Shown piece by piece: positions 9,678 to 19,392 of a stretch of 64,000 bases of DNA. The position numbers were made by a program, and so were the translations under genes. Each line of letters opens with the position of its first letter. Position 1 is the stretch's first letter. The DNA lies in the NCBI GenBank assembly GCA_024276825.1, contig JAJRWI010000015.1, positions 32,001 to 96,000 of the forward strand, read 5' to 3'. The stretch comes from an archaeon. Lineage in GTDB: Archaea; Asgardarchaeota; Thorarchaeia; Thorarchaeales; Thorarchaeaceae. Under the pieces are notes generated by a model. It was not told the origin of the DNA. It made no database searches and worked only from the letters and a program-made list of their open reading frames with translations.

Positions 9678-10640
9678 ATGCCCCTCAATGATATAATAAA
9701 TAATGAGAACATAAAGTTCATCCTTGCAGGTGGCAAGGGTGGCGTTGGCAAGACTAGCTGTGCTGGTGCTATTGCGTTGTTATCAGCCCAACAGGGATTC
9801 AGGACTCTTGTGCTGTCCACAGACCCCGCCCACAGCCTGAGTGATAGTTTTGATCAAGACCTCTCAGGTGGAGATGAGATCCCAATCAAGGGAGTCGACA
9901 AGCTGTGGGGGATGGAGATCAACACAGAAAGGGGCATGGAGGAGTTTCAGGCCACATTGAGCTCAGGGGCAGCGGGACCTGAGGCACAAATGGCCTCTCA
10001 GTTCCTTGGGGATATGGGGGGAATGTCGCCACCTGGCGCGGATGAAACAATGGCCTTTGGTAAAATGCTAGAGTATCTGGAAGACGCATCTTATGACAGA
10101 ATAGTGTTTGACACTGCACCAACAGGGCACACATTGAAACTACTCGAAGTGCCGGATCTTCTGGACACTTGGCTTGGAAAGATTATCACACTCAGACAGA
10201 GGCTCAGCTCCATGATGGCAGGATTTAGGGCAATGTTTGGAGGGGGTCAAGAGGAGGAGACCGCATGGGAGATGCTCCAGAGAACAAAGGAGAAGATCAA
10301 GAAGGCTCGTGAGGAACTGTCAAATCCTGAGCTCACGCAGTTTGTAGTAGTCATGATCCCCGAAGCAATGGCAGTCTTTGAAACCCAGAGGTTGCTGGCC
10401 AGTCTTAATGCTTGGGACATTCCTGCAAACAATATCATCGTCAATCAATTAGTGCCTGATAACCCGGACTGCCCATTCTGTTCCGCGCGTCGCAAGATGC
10501 AGCAGTCTAATCTTGCAGACATCAAGGACATCTACAAGGACCTGAGTATCATTGAGGTCCCGCTGTTTGACAGAGAGATAAGAGGAATTGACGAGTTAAA
10601 AAGACTGGGTGCGATACTGATTGGAGGAGATAGTGCATGA
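9678..10640 (+). CDS. get3: Get3/TRC40-type (ArsA family) ATPase for tail-anchored protein targeting
   Basis: GKGGVGKT, STDPAHSL, DTAPTGHT, Met-rich insert, C-terminal CPFC Zn motif; single-domain. Confidence 0.85.
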   Translation: MPLNDIINNENIKFILAGGKGGVGKTSCAGAIALLSAQQGFRTLVLSTDPAHSLSDSFDQDLSGGDEIPIKGVDKLWGMEINTERGMEEFQATLSSGAAGPEAQMASQFLGDMGGMSPPGADETMAFGKMLEYLEDASYDRIVFDTAPTGHTLKLLEVPDLLDTWLGKIITLRQRLSSMMAGFRAMFGGGQEEETAWEMLQRTKEKIKKAREELSNPELTQFVVVMIPEAMAVFETQRLLASLNAWDIPANNIIVNQLVPDNPDCPFCSARRKMQQSNLADIKDIYKDLSIIEVPLFDREIRGIDELKRLGAILIGGDSA

Positions 10641-10735
10641 GGTATTCACTAAGAAAAAAGATCTGCTCATTTGCCCTGCTGATTCTGTTCCTTGCATCAA
10701 TAGTGGCTGCTGCTTATCTAATATTCAAGCCATAG
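10637..10735 (+). CDS. Unannotated 32-aa single-TM peptide coupled to get3
   Basis: ATGA overlap with get3 stop, SD GGAGGAG; MRYSLRKKICSFALLILFLASIVAAAYLIFKP. Confidence 0.65.
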   Translation: MRYSLRKKICSFALLILFLASIVAAAYLIFKP

Positions 10736-10755
10736 ATTAAAGGAGTCCTAGCAGG

Positions 10756-10899
10756 TCATACTCCTTTGACCCGTTTCACGACTGGAGGACGAATCTTGTA
10801 GAGAATGCGTCCACCACAGTATGGACACTTTACACCTGGGAGAGCCTTAAGACTTTCAGGAGTAACTTCTTTCTTGCAGGTGTGACAGACATAAACCAT
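10756..10899 (-). CDS. rpoP: DNA-directed RNA polymerase subunit P (Rpo12)
   Basis: Not in the ORF track. Manual translation MVYVCHTCKKEV...VKCPYCGGRILYKIRPPVVKRVKGV (47 aa). Confidence 0.93.
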   Translation of the reverse strand: MVYVCHTCKKEVTPESLKALPGVKCPYCGGRILYKIRPPVVKRVKGV

Positions 10900-10971
10900 T
10901 ACCAACCACCAAATGGGAGTGAGAGTAGAGGCAATAAGAAGTTTTGCTTAGAGAACATTGCACATCCATAC

Positions 10972-12555
10972 TTAGTCATCAACCACTACACCCAGCAAGA
11001 GCCCTTCACTTAAGACTTTCGTGATTTTGATGTCGAGTAAGGTTCCAGGTGAAAACCCCCCATGAACTGTCATTATAGGACCTTCGCCCAGAGGATAAAC
11101 GATTGAATATCCCTTTTTTGCCCATGATGGTTCTGCAACCACACCCCTTACTGTTTTACCCACATAGTCAGTCTTCTTTTCCCTATTGATCTCCTGAGCC
11201 ACCCTTCGCATCCTTTCAGCAAGTGGGTTTCTTAGAGTTGGTTCTGGAAAACTAGCAAATGCTGAATTGGGCAGAGGTCTGAATCCATAGAGAATCACTC
11301 GTTCAACGCCGATCTTGCTCAGCTCACGCATCATCGATATTGACTGCTCTACAGATTCTGGAGTCTCGCCAGGCAGACCGTAGATGAGATATACAAAGGG
11401 GTTCATTCCATATGACCTCGCAGTCCTTACAGCCCTAATGACATCATAGGGTGTACCACATTTTCCTATCTGTCGGGCGTGATGCTCAGACCCTGTTTCA
11501 AGACCAATGTTGGGAGAAGTTGTTGGAACGGACTTTGCAATCACTTGAGCCACATCATCAGTGAACAAACAGGCCTTAATGTTCTCTATCGCAAGGTGTG
11601 TGTTGTTGTTATCAAACTGAGGCAGCGAAACAATATCATTCAGCAAAGATGATATTGCGTCGAGATTGGGCTTGGGTTCGCACGCATCTGTCAGTGGATG
11701 ACTGCCGCGCATATAGTCCAAGAAGTCGGGGGCCTCAAGTACAATTCGATGTACGCCCAGCTCGAGAAGACCTCTGATTTCTTCCACTATGTCTGTTTTA
11801 GATCTACTGCGGGGAGGGCCCCAAGTAGAGGGCACACTGCAAAAGCCACAGCCAGGCGGTATATCTATAGGGCAATCCAGGCGGGTTTCGAGGTCTGCAG
11901 AGAAACAGTTTCCGCAATCATTGCATTGCCGGCCATCAGGAAGTTGTAATGCGGTGCGTTGAAAGTTCGAGCACCCCCTTAAAACTTCCACATAGACTTT
12001 GCTGGCCTGGTATGCTTGGTAGTCAACAATCCTGTCGACCGATGGTCTGAACTTAGACAGGTCATCTTCTGGGATCAGACTACGACGCCTATTGATTACG
12101 GGTTGTCCTGATTCAAAATAACCAATCCCAGTAATATGCGATAGGTCAATGCGCTCATCAAAGAAGTTTTTGCTAATGAGTTCAGTCAAGGTTCCTTCGC
12201 CCTCGCCTATAACGAGAACATCGGGATGCAATGCTTTTAGGACAGGTTTTGGATCTAATGCAATGGGACCTCCAACAATGACCAGTCCAGACTTATTTGC
12301 CCTTCGCCAAGATTGGATGACATGTCTGCATGAGTCAATGTCCATTGTCATGGCGCTAATAGTGAGATGACTGAACCTCTTGAGTTGCCTGCGGGAAGTT
12401 ATGTCTTCAGAACGGATAATCCTACATTCAAGATCATTGGCCTCAAAGATGCCAGCAATTGTTCTTGGCCCGCATCCTATGGAGTCACGCGAGCTCTTCC
12501 TCCTACCGTGACCTGCTGCAAGGGCATCTACAATAAGAATGCTTTCGACCATCAT
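10972..12555 (-). CDS. B12-binding-like radical SAM protein with C-terminal TRAM domain
   Basis: IVGGP, VIGEGE, EVLRGC...GCGFC, GLETGS, YGLPGET; TRAM-like tail. Confidence 0.85.
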   Translation of the reverse strand: MMVESILIVDALAAGHGRRKSSRDSIGCGPRTIAGIFEANDLECRIIRSEDITSRRQLKRFSHLTISAMTMDIDSCRHVIQSWRRANKSGLVIVGGPIALDPKPVLKALHPDVLVIGEGEGTLTELISKNFFDERIDLSHITGIGYFESGQPVINRRRSLIPEDDLSKFRPSVDRIVDYQAYQASKVYVEVLRGCSNFQRTALQLPDGRQCNDCGNCFSADLETRLDCPIDIPPGCGFCSVPSTWGPPRSRSKTDIVEEIRGLLELGVHRIVLEAPDFLDYMRGSHPLTDACEPKPNLDAISSLLNDIVSLPQFDNNNTHLAIENIKACLFTDDVAQVIAKSVPTTSPNIGLETGSEHHARQIGKCGTPYDVIRAVRTARSYGMNPFVYLIYGLPGETPESVEQSISMMRELSKIGVERVILYGFRPLPNSAFASFPEPTLRNPLAERMRRVAQEINREKKTDYVGKTVRGVVAEPSWAKKGYSIVYPLGEGPIMTVHGGFSPGTLLDIKITKVLSEGLLLGVVVDD

Positions 12556-12713
12556 AGACTCAATATGCTATTCTAGTTATCAATGATTTGAAATTGAACT
12601 ATGATCAGTTCATCCATGTCAAAACCAGATAAAGATTCATATCCTTAGAACTTATATGGGACATAGTTCCATATACTTTCAATATAACAAAATAACAAGG
12701 AGTAAATCGCTGA

Positions 12714-13052
12714 GTGTCTGACGATGAGATATGTCCAAATTGTGGACTACCCAAGGACTTGTGTGTGTGCGAAACCATAGCACAGGAAGAAGCTCGAATA
12801 ACAGTGAGGGTCGAAAGACGAAAATGGGGCCGACTTACAACGGTCATTGAAGGTTTTGATAAGAATATTGACATTAATGAGTTGGCCACAAAACTGAAGG
12901 GAAAACTGGCATGTGGTGGCGCAGCAAAACATGGTCATGTCGAACTTCAGGGGGACCACCGCGGTGTGATTGTCAGCGTGCTCTCACAGATGGGCTTTCC
13001 TGAGGACACCATCACTGTTGATTGGACCTTTAGTCAATCAAGGCGCCGTTAG
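12714..13052 (+). CDS. sui1: Translation initiation factor aIF1 (SUI1)
   Basis: CPNCGLPKDLCVCE, LKGKLACGG, ELQGDHR. Confidence 0.93.
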   Translation: MSDDEICPNCGLPKDLCVCETIAQEEARITVRVERRKWGRLTTVIEGFDKNIDINELATKLKGKLACGGAAKHGHVELQGDHRGVIVSVLSQMGFPEDTITVDWTFSQSRRR

Positions 13053-13121
13053 TAATATTATCACTTACCAACAATATCCATTATGACGAGAGGAAGTTAG
13101 GAATTCATGATGATCTCAGAT

Positions 13122-14069
13122 CTATGAGATACTCAATGTGTCAATGCCTAGTTTCTGAACTAGCTCTTTGTATCTATTCCGCACGGTGACCTCTGTTACT
13201 CTCGCCACCTCGGCAATTTCTCGTTGTGTGCGCCGCTCATCAAGCATTATTGAAGCGATGTAGATTGCCGCAGCGGCCAACCCTAGTGGATCACGGCCAA
13301 TGGTCAGGCCAAAGTCTCGACCCCGTTCTAATAGTTCAATTGTTCTAAGCTGCACTCTGCTTGATAATGACAGTTCAGAGATGAATCTTCCAATATAGTC
13401 AACAGGATTGCTTAATGGGACCTTTAGATTTAGGCTTCTCAATAAAAGACGGTAACATTGTCCCAGCTTCTTTCTACTGACACGTGAGGCATCTGCCACC
13501 TCATCCAGGGGCCTTGGCTTCGAACGAATTCTACAAGCGGCATATATCGTGGCAGCGACCATGGCCTCAATCGATCGTCCTCTGACAAGCTTGTTTTGAA
13601 TTGACTTTCTGTACAAGAGTGCTGCCAATTCTCTGATCTGCGAGGGAATCTGAAGTTGTGAGGCAAGGCGCTCCAGTTCGTTCATGGCTTGAGCAAGGTT
13701 TCTATCAAGAGACGAGTGCACTCTTGAACGTATCTGCCATTTCCTTAATCGATAAATCTCCGAACGTCTTGTGGGGCTTAACTTGCGACCTGACATGTCT
13801 TGGTCCCGCCAGTCTATCATAGTGGATAGTCCTTTATCGTGGATGGTGTATCTTAATGGAGCACCGACCCTGCTTCGCGCATCTGACTCCTCAGCACTAA
13901 AGGCCCGCCACTCAGCTCCAGTGTCGATTCTCCGGTCGGATAATACAAGACCACACCCTCCACAGACTCTCTCACCCCGTGCAAGGTCATCATGAAAGAC
14001 TGTTGAGCCGCACTCAGGGCAGATATATTCACTGGAAGAAGTGTTTGCACCCTTCTTTCGCCCTGCCAT
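13122..14069 (-). CDS. tfb: Transcription initiation factor IIB
   Basis: Zn ribbon CPECG...CGGCG, EWRAF B-reader, two cyclin repeats. Confidence 0.95.
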   Translation of the reverse strand: MAGRKKGANTSSSEYICPECGSTVFHDDLARGERVCGGCGLVLSDRRIDTGAEWRAFSAEESDARSRVGAPLRYTIHDKGLSTMIDWRDQDMSGRKLSPTRRSEIYRLRKWQIRSRVHSSLDRNLAQAMNELERLASQLQIPSQIRELAALLYRKSIQNKLVRGRSIEAMVAATIYAACRIRSKPRPLDEVADASRVSRKKLGQCYRLLLRSLNLKVPLSNPVDYIGRFISELSLSSRVQLRTIELLERGRDFGLTIGRDPLGLAAAAIYIASIMLDERRTQREIAEVARVTEVTVRNRYKELVQKLGIDTLSIS

Positions 14070-14284
14070 TACTTCTTGCGAACGATCCAATCCCAATCCT
14101 CTCTCCAAATGGTTTGGGTCGCAAAGCTGCCAGAAGTCAAAGAGAGGGTCAAAGTTCTAAGACAAGCTCCCAGACCACACTAATGTCTAAAGGTAAAATT
14201 TGCTTTTAATGATTGTGGGAAAAAGAGCATTAGGCATGAACTCACCACTTTAGCACAATAATTATGGATTTGCAGTATGCCATT

Positions 14285-15226
14285 TCAGGTGGTGCGTTCA
14301 CAACCATCTTCAGTGATTATGACTGTATGTTCATGTTGCGAAACAAACTCGCCCTTCTCTTCTGCAAGGATGTGGTGCGCAATGAGTGCACCATTCTGTT
14401 GAAGCTCACGGATTGCCATCTTTAAAGAAGCGTGTTTCATCTGCCTTGCAAGCCAACGTTCTGCAAATGGGAACTCCTTGTATGACTTGCGGGCAATTCC
14501 TAAGAACTGCTTGGTCCCTTTGAAACGGACAGGTACACGAATGGGTAAGAGTTGATAGATCTGTGGATTTGGCAGGTCAGTGACATTTCCAGAACCCGTG
14601 CTAGCGAATGTTTCTACAGCGTATACTTCACCCTCTTCAACGATGACCTCGGACTTTCCAGACACACAGGGAATCTGCTTTTCAGCATGAAGTTCCCACT
14701 CGTTTAATTGGTGTCCGCTGAGTTGCTTGATAGGCTTGAATCCTGCACTAACAATGGTGTCTTCAATGAGAGCGCCAATTGTGTTGAGTTTGGCGCCAGG
14801 ACGTAGCATCTTGATTGCGAGTTCGGTCGCTTCAACTGACGCATGAACAAGTCCTTCATAATCAGGGTTCAATGCGATAGTGAAGGCGGAGTCAGAGATG
14901 CATCCATCAATGTGGGCACCACAATCGACAGTGACAAGGTCTCCTTCTTGTATCACAGTTTCATCATTCAATGGTGATGTATAATGAGCGGCGATGTTGT
15001 TTATTGACACATTACAGGGGAATGAGAGACCTGTGGCATGTTCAAGAATATAGCCCTCAACAGCCTCCACAATATCAATCACTTTTGTGCCGGGCTTAAT
15101 CATAGGCCTTGCCATTTCAAGGGCCTCTCTTGCAACAACTCCCGCCTTGCGCCACTTGGCCCAGGGGTCGTCTGATTCCTCAGGCTCATTATCATCAACG
15201 GATTCAACAGGCTTCTCTTCCGGCAC
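14285..15226 (-). CDS. map: Type II methionine aminopeptidase
   Basis: AAHYT, DCGAHIDG, SGHQL, AVETFAS, QHEHT. Confidence 0.93.
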   Translation of the reverse strand: MPEEKPVESVDDNEPEESDDPWAKWRKAGVVAREALEMARPMIKPGTKVIDIVEAVEGYILEHATGLSFPCNVSINNIAAHYTSPLNDETVIQEGDLVTVDCGAHIDGCISDSAFTIALNPDYEGLVHASVEATELAIKMLRPGAKLNTIGALIEDTIVSAGFKPIKQLSGHQLNEWELHAEKQIPCVSGKSEVIVEEGEVYAVETFASTGSGNVTDLPNPQIYQLLPIRVPVRFKGTKQFLGIARKSYKEFPFAERWLARQMKHASLKMAIRELQQNGALIAHHILAEEKGEFVSQHEHTVIITEDGCERTT

Positions 15227-15293
15227 AATATCACCTCAGACTACGAAGGTCAACTGAGTGCACATTATAAAAAGTGTTAGCTTGGTGATTAAT

Positions 15294-15692
15294 TTACAAG
15301 ATTGATTCTATACTTCTAGCCACACGGGTCATCATTAGCAACATGTAGCCAAGATTCACCTTCTTGTTGGTGAGAACAGCAAGCAGAGCATCTTTTCCTG
15401 CACCGCTAATTATGATGTATCCATGCTCACCCTCGATAAACATTCTCACAAAACCACCGCGTTTCAGTTCATCGAAGACGCGACTTGTTGCATCTTGAAT
15501 CTGCATGGATCGACCAGCAATCACGTCTTCTTCAGGAACTTGGCTCTTGTCAACTTTCTCCGGATAATGGCTACAAATGGGAAGTCCTTGAGAAGTAGAG
15601 ATAATCATGCTTGCCTGCACATTACCCTGGGAGGCACGGTTGAGTCCCTCTAGCAGATTGATCAGTTGTTGGGTCTTACTTGACAAATTCAT
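15294..15692 (-). CDS. Roadblock/LC7 domain protein
   Basis: ASMIISTSQGLPICS...MFIEGEHGYIIISGAG...LAVLT...NLG. Confidence 0.85.
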   Translation of the reverse strand: MNLSSKTQQLINLLEGLNRASQGNVQASMIISTSQGLPICSHYPEKVDKSQVPEEDVIAGRSMQIQDATSRVFDELKRGGFVRMFIEGEHGYIIISGAGKDALLAVLTNKKVNLGYMLLMMTRVARSIESIL

Positions 15693-15752
15693 TCCTCCCG
15701 TGGTGAGGTAATAATGTTACTAGATTATTTAAACATGAATGGTGTCAACTAT

Positions 15753-16523
15753 TCAAATCTTTTCAGCACCCACTGCTTTAAGACCTTCTATGATGTTTCG
15801 AAGTCCCTTGCCCTTGTCCTCAAGAATGTGCTTCTCAAGGTAGGTTCCTTGTACGACAATCGAAGCGCCTGCCTTAACAGCATTGACGACAGACTCGCGA
15901 TCATTAAAACCACCGCCCGTAATCAAGGGTATGTTGGTGAGCTGAGACACAACAGAGATGAATTCTGGTGGAACGCCGCCTCCCTCAGCACCACTACCAG
16001 CCTCGAGATAAACAAGTTTGAAGCCTATCAGTTCTGCCGCCATGGCATATGCCAGTGCAAGCTTTGGCTTGTCCCTTGGAAATACCTTGGCGTCTCCGAC
16101 CCATGCTGCGGTCTTACCAGGTGCAACTAGGAGATATGCCATAGAGATAGGTTCAATCTCACTGAGCTTGACGTTAGCTGCCGCTAGAGCCTGTGCGTGA
16201 ATAATCCAATATGGGTTAGTACTATTCAGAAGACTCATGAAGAACATGGCGTCTGCGTATCTCGACACTCCAGATATGTTGCCTGGGAACAATATGGTTG
16301 GAATCTCAACAGCATCGGTGATTGCCTTGACTGCCTCATCGATGATCCCGAAGGCAGTGCTGCCTCCAATCATTATGGCATCAGTGCCTGCCGACTCTGC
16401 AAATCTAGCAATCTTCACACAGGACTCAACACCCATCTTCAAGGGATCTGGGTCAATCAGACTGAAATGAAGAGCTCCCTCTTTATTGAGCTTCTCAGTG
16501 ATGTAATTCCATACTCTTCCCAT
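15753..16523 (-). CDS. Geranylgeranylglyceryl phosphate synthase
   Basis: SLIDPD, IMIGGS, LFPG, SLLNS, YLEAGSGA, GGG. Confidence 0.92.
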   Translation of the reverse strand: MGRVWNYITEKLNKEGALHFSLIDPDPLKMGVESCVKIARFAESAGTDAIMIGGSTAFGIIDEAVKAITDAVEIPTILFPGNISGVSRYADAMFFMSLLNSTNPYWIIHAQALAAANVKLSEIEPISMAYLLVAPGKTAAWVGDAKVFPRDKPKLALAYAMAAELIGFKLVYLEAGSGAEGGGVPPEFISVVSQLTNIPLITGGGFNDRESVVNAVKAGASIVVQGTYLEKHILEDKGKGLRNIIEGLKAVGAEKI

Positions 16524-16613
16524 TCTAATGGTCTCCTAGAGTTAGAAAGGAGCACGGATGTCCTTCTTTTTATCATTTTGGTGCTCAAGTAATGAGTACA
16601 AATCTCAGATTTT

Positions 16614-17246
16614 TCATAAATGTCGAAGTCTGGGAAACAGCATCCCTGTTGATTTTTGGTATTCAATGTATCTATCACCAAAATATCTTACTAGCATGAC
16701 TTCTTCCCTTATTGCGACCGAGTAGTAGCCAGGAATGCCAATCAGAAGCATTAGAGTTACTAGTGAGGGAATTAGAATAAAAAGACCTGTGAAAATCATT
16801 ATGTATGATGAGTAAGATGGATGGCGTATTATCGAGTAAGGCCCCGTAGTCACAAGCTCATGATTTGCACTCATCTCCCACGATATTACTTTTGCCTTAC
16901 GTTCAGCTCTTGACCATAAATGAAAAACCAGCCCAATAACAACCATTGTTAGTCCCAGTATCCATATTGGTTCAGGAGGATCAATAATTTGGAATATAAT
17001 TAAGAAACTAAGCAAGCTGACATTTGCAGTCATCCATGATATAATGATCGCAAGAATTACTGCCATTGCTCCTAATGTAGATATAGCCACAGCAACAATT
17101 GCAAATGCAGAGTTTTGATCTTCAGAATTATGATACATTATTTCTGGTCTACTCTTAATCTTCCTGTAGTCATAGTAGAGATGAACAAGTATGTCAATGA
17201 ATACAATCGGAGTGATGAGAGTCCCAGTGATGCTCAGATCAAACAT
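16614..17246 (-). CDS. Isoprenylcysteine carboxyl methyltransferase/PEMT family membrane protein
   Basis: LVTTGPYSIIRHPSY, REE...FGDRYIEY. Confidence 0.85.
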   Translation of the reverse strand: MFDLSITGTLITPIVFIDILVHLYYDYRKIKSRPEIMYHNSEDQNSAFAIVAVAISTLGAMAVILAIIISWMTANVSLLSFLIIFQIIDPPEPIWILGLTMVVIGLVFHLWSRAERKAKVISWEMSANHELVTTGPYSIIRHPSYSSYIMIFTGLFILIPSLVTLMLLIGIPGYYSVAIREEVMLVRYFGDRYIEYQKSTGMLFPRLRHL

Positions 17247-17396
17247 GCGATGTTGATTGTATGTCTATTATAAAGAATTTATCAATAGATGATGATTTTT
17301 GCAGATTATTGCAATCGTAAGGCTTTATTACTGCAAGTTCTCTGGCCGCTTGCATCATTCGTGCATTAATATCACTACATACCTGAGGATACAGTC

Positions 17397-19361
17397 ATGG
17401 CCGAACCAAGAATAGGAGTTTTTCTCTGTCATTGTGGAAGCAATATAGCTGGGGTCGTTGATATTCCAAGAGTTCTTGAAGTAGTGAAGGGGCTCCCAAA
17501 TGTTATTCATGCAGAAGAGTACAAATATGTCTGCTCTAAGCCGGGACAGCAGATAATCAAGGACAGAATCAGAGAGCATGGCTTGACCAGAGTTGTCATA
17601 GGGGCATGTTCTCCCAGAATGCATGAAACCACCTTCAGGCAAACGATGCGAGAAGCAGACCTGAACCCATACCTCCTTGAGATTGCCAATATTCGAGAAC
17701 ACTGCTCATGGATCCATCAGGACAACCCTGAAGCTGCTACAGACAAGGCCATTGACTTGGTCAGGATGAGCATTGCACGGGCCAGACTTCTTGAACCGCT
17801 TGAGGAAACAGAGGTCGAGATCAAAAAGGCATCACTTGTGATTGGTGGTGGTATTGCGGGAATCTCAGCAGCCCTTGACCTTGCTAATGCAGGATTCAAG
17901 GTATACTTGATTGAGAAACGCCCATCGATTGGTGGAAACATGGCACGGATTGACAAGACATTCCCCACCCTCGATTGCTCCTCATGTATTCTGACACCAC
18001 GAATGGCTGAGGCCGGATCACATCCAAACATTGAGTTGTTGACACTTGCAAAGGTTGACAAGGTGGATGGATATGTGGGCAATTTCACCGTCACAATCAA
18101 GAAGCTGCCAAGGTATGTGGATATTGACAAATGCACATCTTGTGGGGACTGCGCTTCAATCTGTCCTGTAGACATCCCCTCAGAGTTTGATGCATTTCTA
18201 GCATATCGAAAGGCAATATACATCCCCTTTGCCCAAGCCGTCCCCTCTGCATATGTTTTGGACATGGAAAACTGCCTTGGTGTTGATGCAGTCAGATGTG
18301 GAAAATGCAAGACTGCGTGTGAGGCGGATGCTATAGACTATGATGATCATGAGAGGTTAATCAAAGTAGAGGTCGGTACAATAATTGTTGCAACGGGCTA
18401 CGAGATCTTTGATGCTTCTCAAAAGGAAGAGTATGGCTATGGCGAGTTTCCAAATGTGGTCAACTTGATGGAAGTCGAACGAATGTTGAACTCTGCAGGA
18501 CCGACTCAGGGACACATCACAAGACCCTCAGACTTAAAGGAGGCCAAACGCATTGTATATGTTCAATGCGTTGGAAGCCGGGATGAACGAACGAACAGTT
18601 ATTGCTCTCGGGTATGTTGCATGACTGCAGTGAAGCAGGCAAGAATGATTCGTGAAAAGACTGGTGCGGAGGTCTATGTGTTCTATATTGATCTGCGCTC
18701 ATTTGGCAAGGGATATGAGGAGTTCTATGAAACTACAGCTCGGCAGGGAGTGACGTTCATCCGAGGGCGTGTTGGAGAGATCATTGAGGACCTAGATACT
18801 CACAATTTGACTGTCAGGGGCGAGGACACACTTCTTAGCAAACCAATTGAATTACATGATGTTGATCTCGTTGTTCTCTCCACGGGCATTGTCCCACCAG
18901 TTGATGTAAGAGAAGTCGCCAAAGCTCTTAACCTGAGTTTCTCGCCTGACGGATTTCTCATGGAAGCCCATCCGAAACTCAGGCCTGTTGACTCGTTCAA
19001 CGATGGGGTCTTTGTTGCTGGAATGGCACAGGGCCCCAAAGATATCCCCGACACCGTGGCTCAAGCAAAGGCGGCAGCTGCAGGAGCAATGGCCCTGATG
19101 GGTAGAGGAAAGATAACAATCGAGCCATATTACTCTGTTATAGATGAGGACAGGTGTTCTGGCTGTAAAGTGTGTGTCACAGTCTGCCCATATAGTGCGA
19201 TCAGAATTAATGAACGAGGGCATGCAGAAGTCAATCCTGCTCTCTGTAAGGGATGCGGTACATGCACAGCATCATGCACAAGTGGTGCCATAAAGTCCCA
19301 ACATTACACCGACGGACAGATAGCTGCAATGATTGAAGAGTACCTGTCAACTTTTGAGTGA
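17397..19361 (+). CDS. hdrA: Heterodisulfide reductase subunit A (Cys-type)
   Basis: GVFLCHCG, GGGIAG FAD site, KTFPTLDCSSCILTP, QCVGSR, CSRVCC, ferredoxin domains. Confidence 0.95.
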   Translation: MAEPRIGVFLCHCGSNIAGVVDIPRVLEVVKGLPNVIHAEEYKYVCSKPGQQIIKDRIREHGLTRVVIGACSPRMHETTFRQTMREADLNPYLLEIANIREHCSWIHQDNPEAATDKAIDLVRMSIARARLLEPLEETEVEIKKASLVIGGGIAGISAALDLANAGFKVYLIEKRPSIGGNMARIDKTFPTLDCSSCILTPRMAEAGSHPNIELLTLAKVDKVDGYVGNFTVTIKKLPRYVDIDKCTSCGDCASICPVDIPSEFDAFLAYRKAIYIPFAQAVPSAYVLDMENCLGVDAVRCGKCKTACEADAIDYDDHERLIKVEVGTIIVATGYEIFDASQKEEYGYGEFPNVVNLMEVERMLNSAGPTQGHITRPSDLKEAKRIVYVQCVGSRDERTNSYCSRVCCMTAVKQARMIREKTGAEVYVFYIDLRSFGKGYEEFYETTARQGVTFIRGRVGEIIEDLDTHNLTVRGEDTLLSKPIELHDVDLVVLSTGIVPPVDVREVAKALNLSFSPDGFLMEAHPKLRPVDSFNDGVFVAGMAQGPKDIPDTVAQAKAAAAGAMALMGRGKITIEPYYSVIDEDRCSGCKVCVTVCPYSAIRINERGHAEVNPALCKGCGTCTASCTSGAIKSQHYTDGQIAAMIEEYLSTFE

Positions 19362-19392
19362 TGGTGGTCAGAGTAGAAGTGAGTGATTTCAG

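Noticed and set aside
9593-9820. N-terminal extension of ORF 8846-9820 overlapping get3
   Set aside because: Antisense shadow of the get3 start and promoter; ATG 9592 is more plausible
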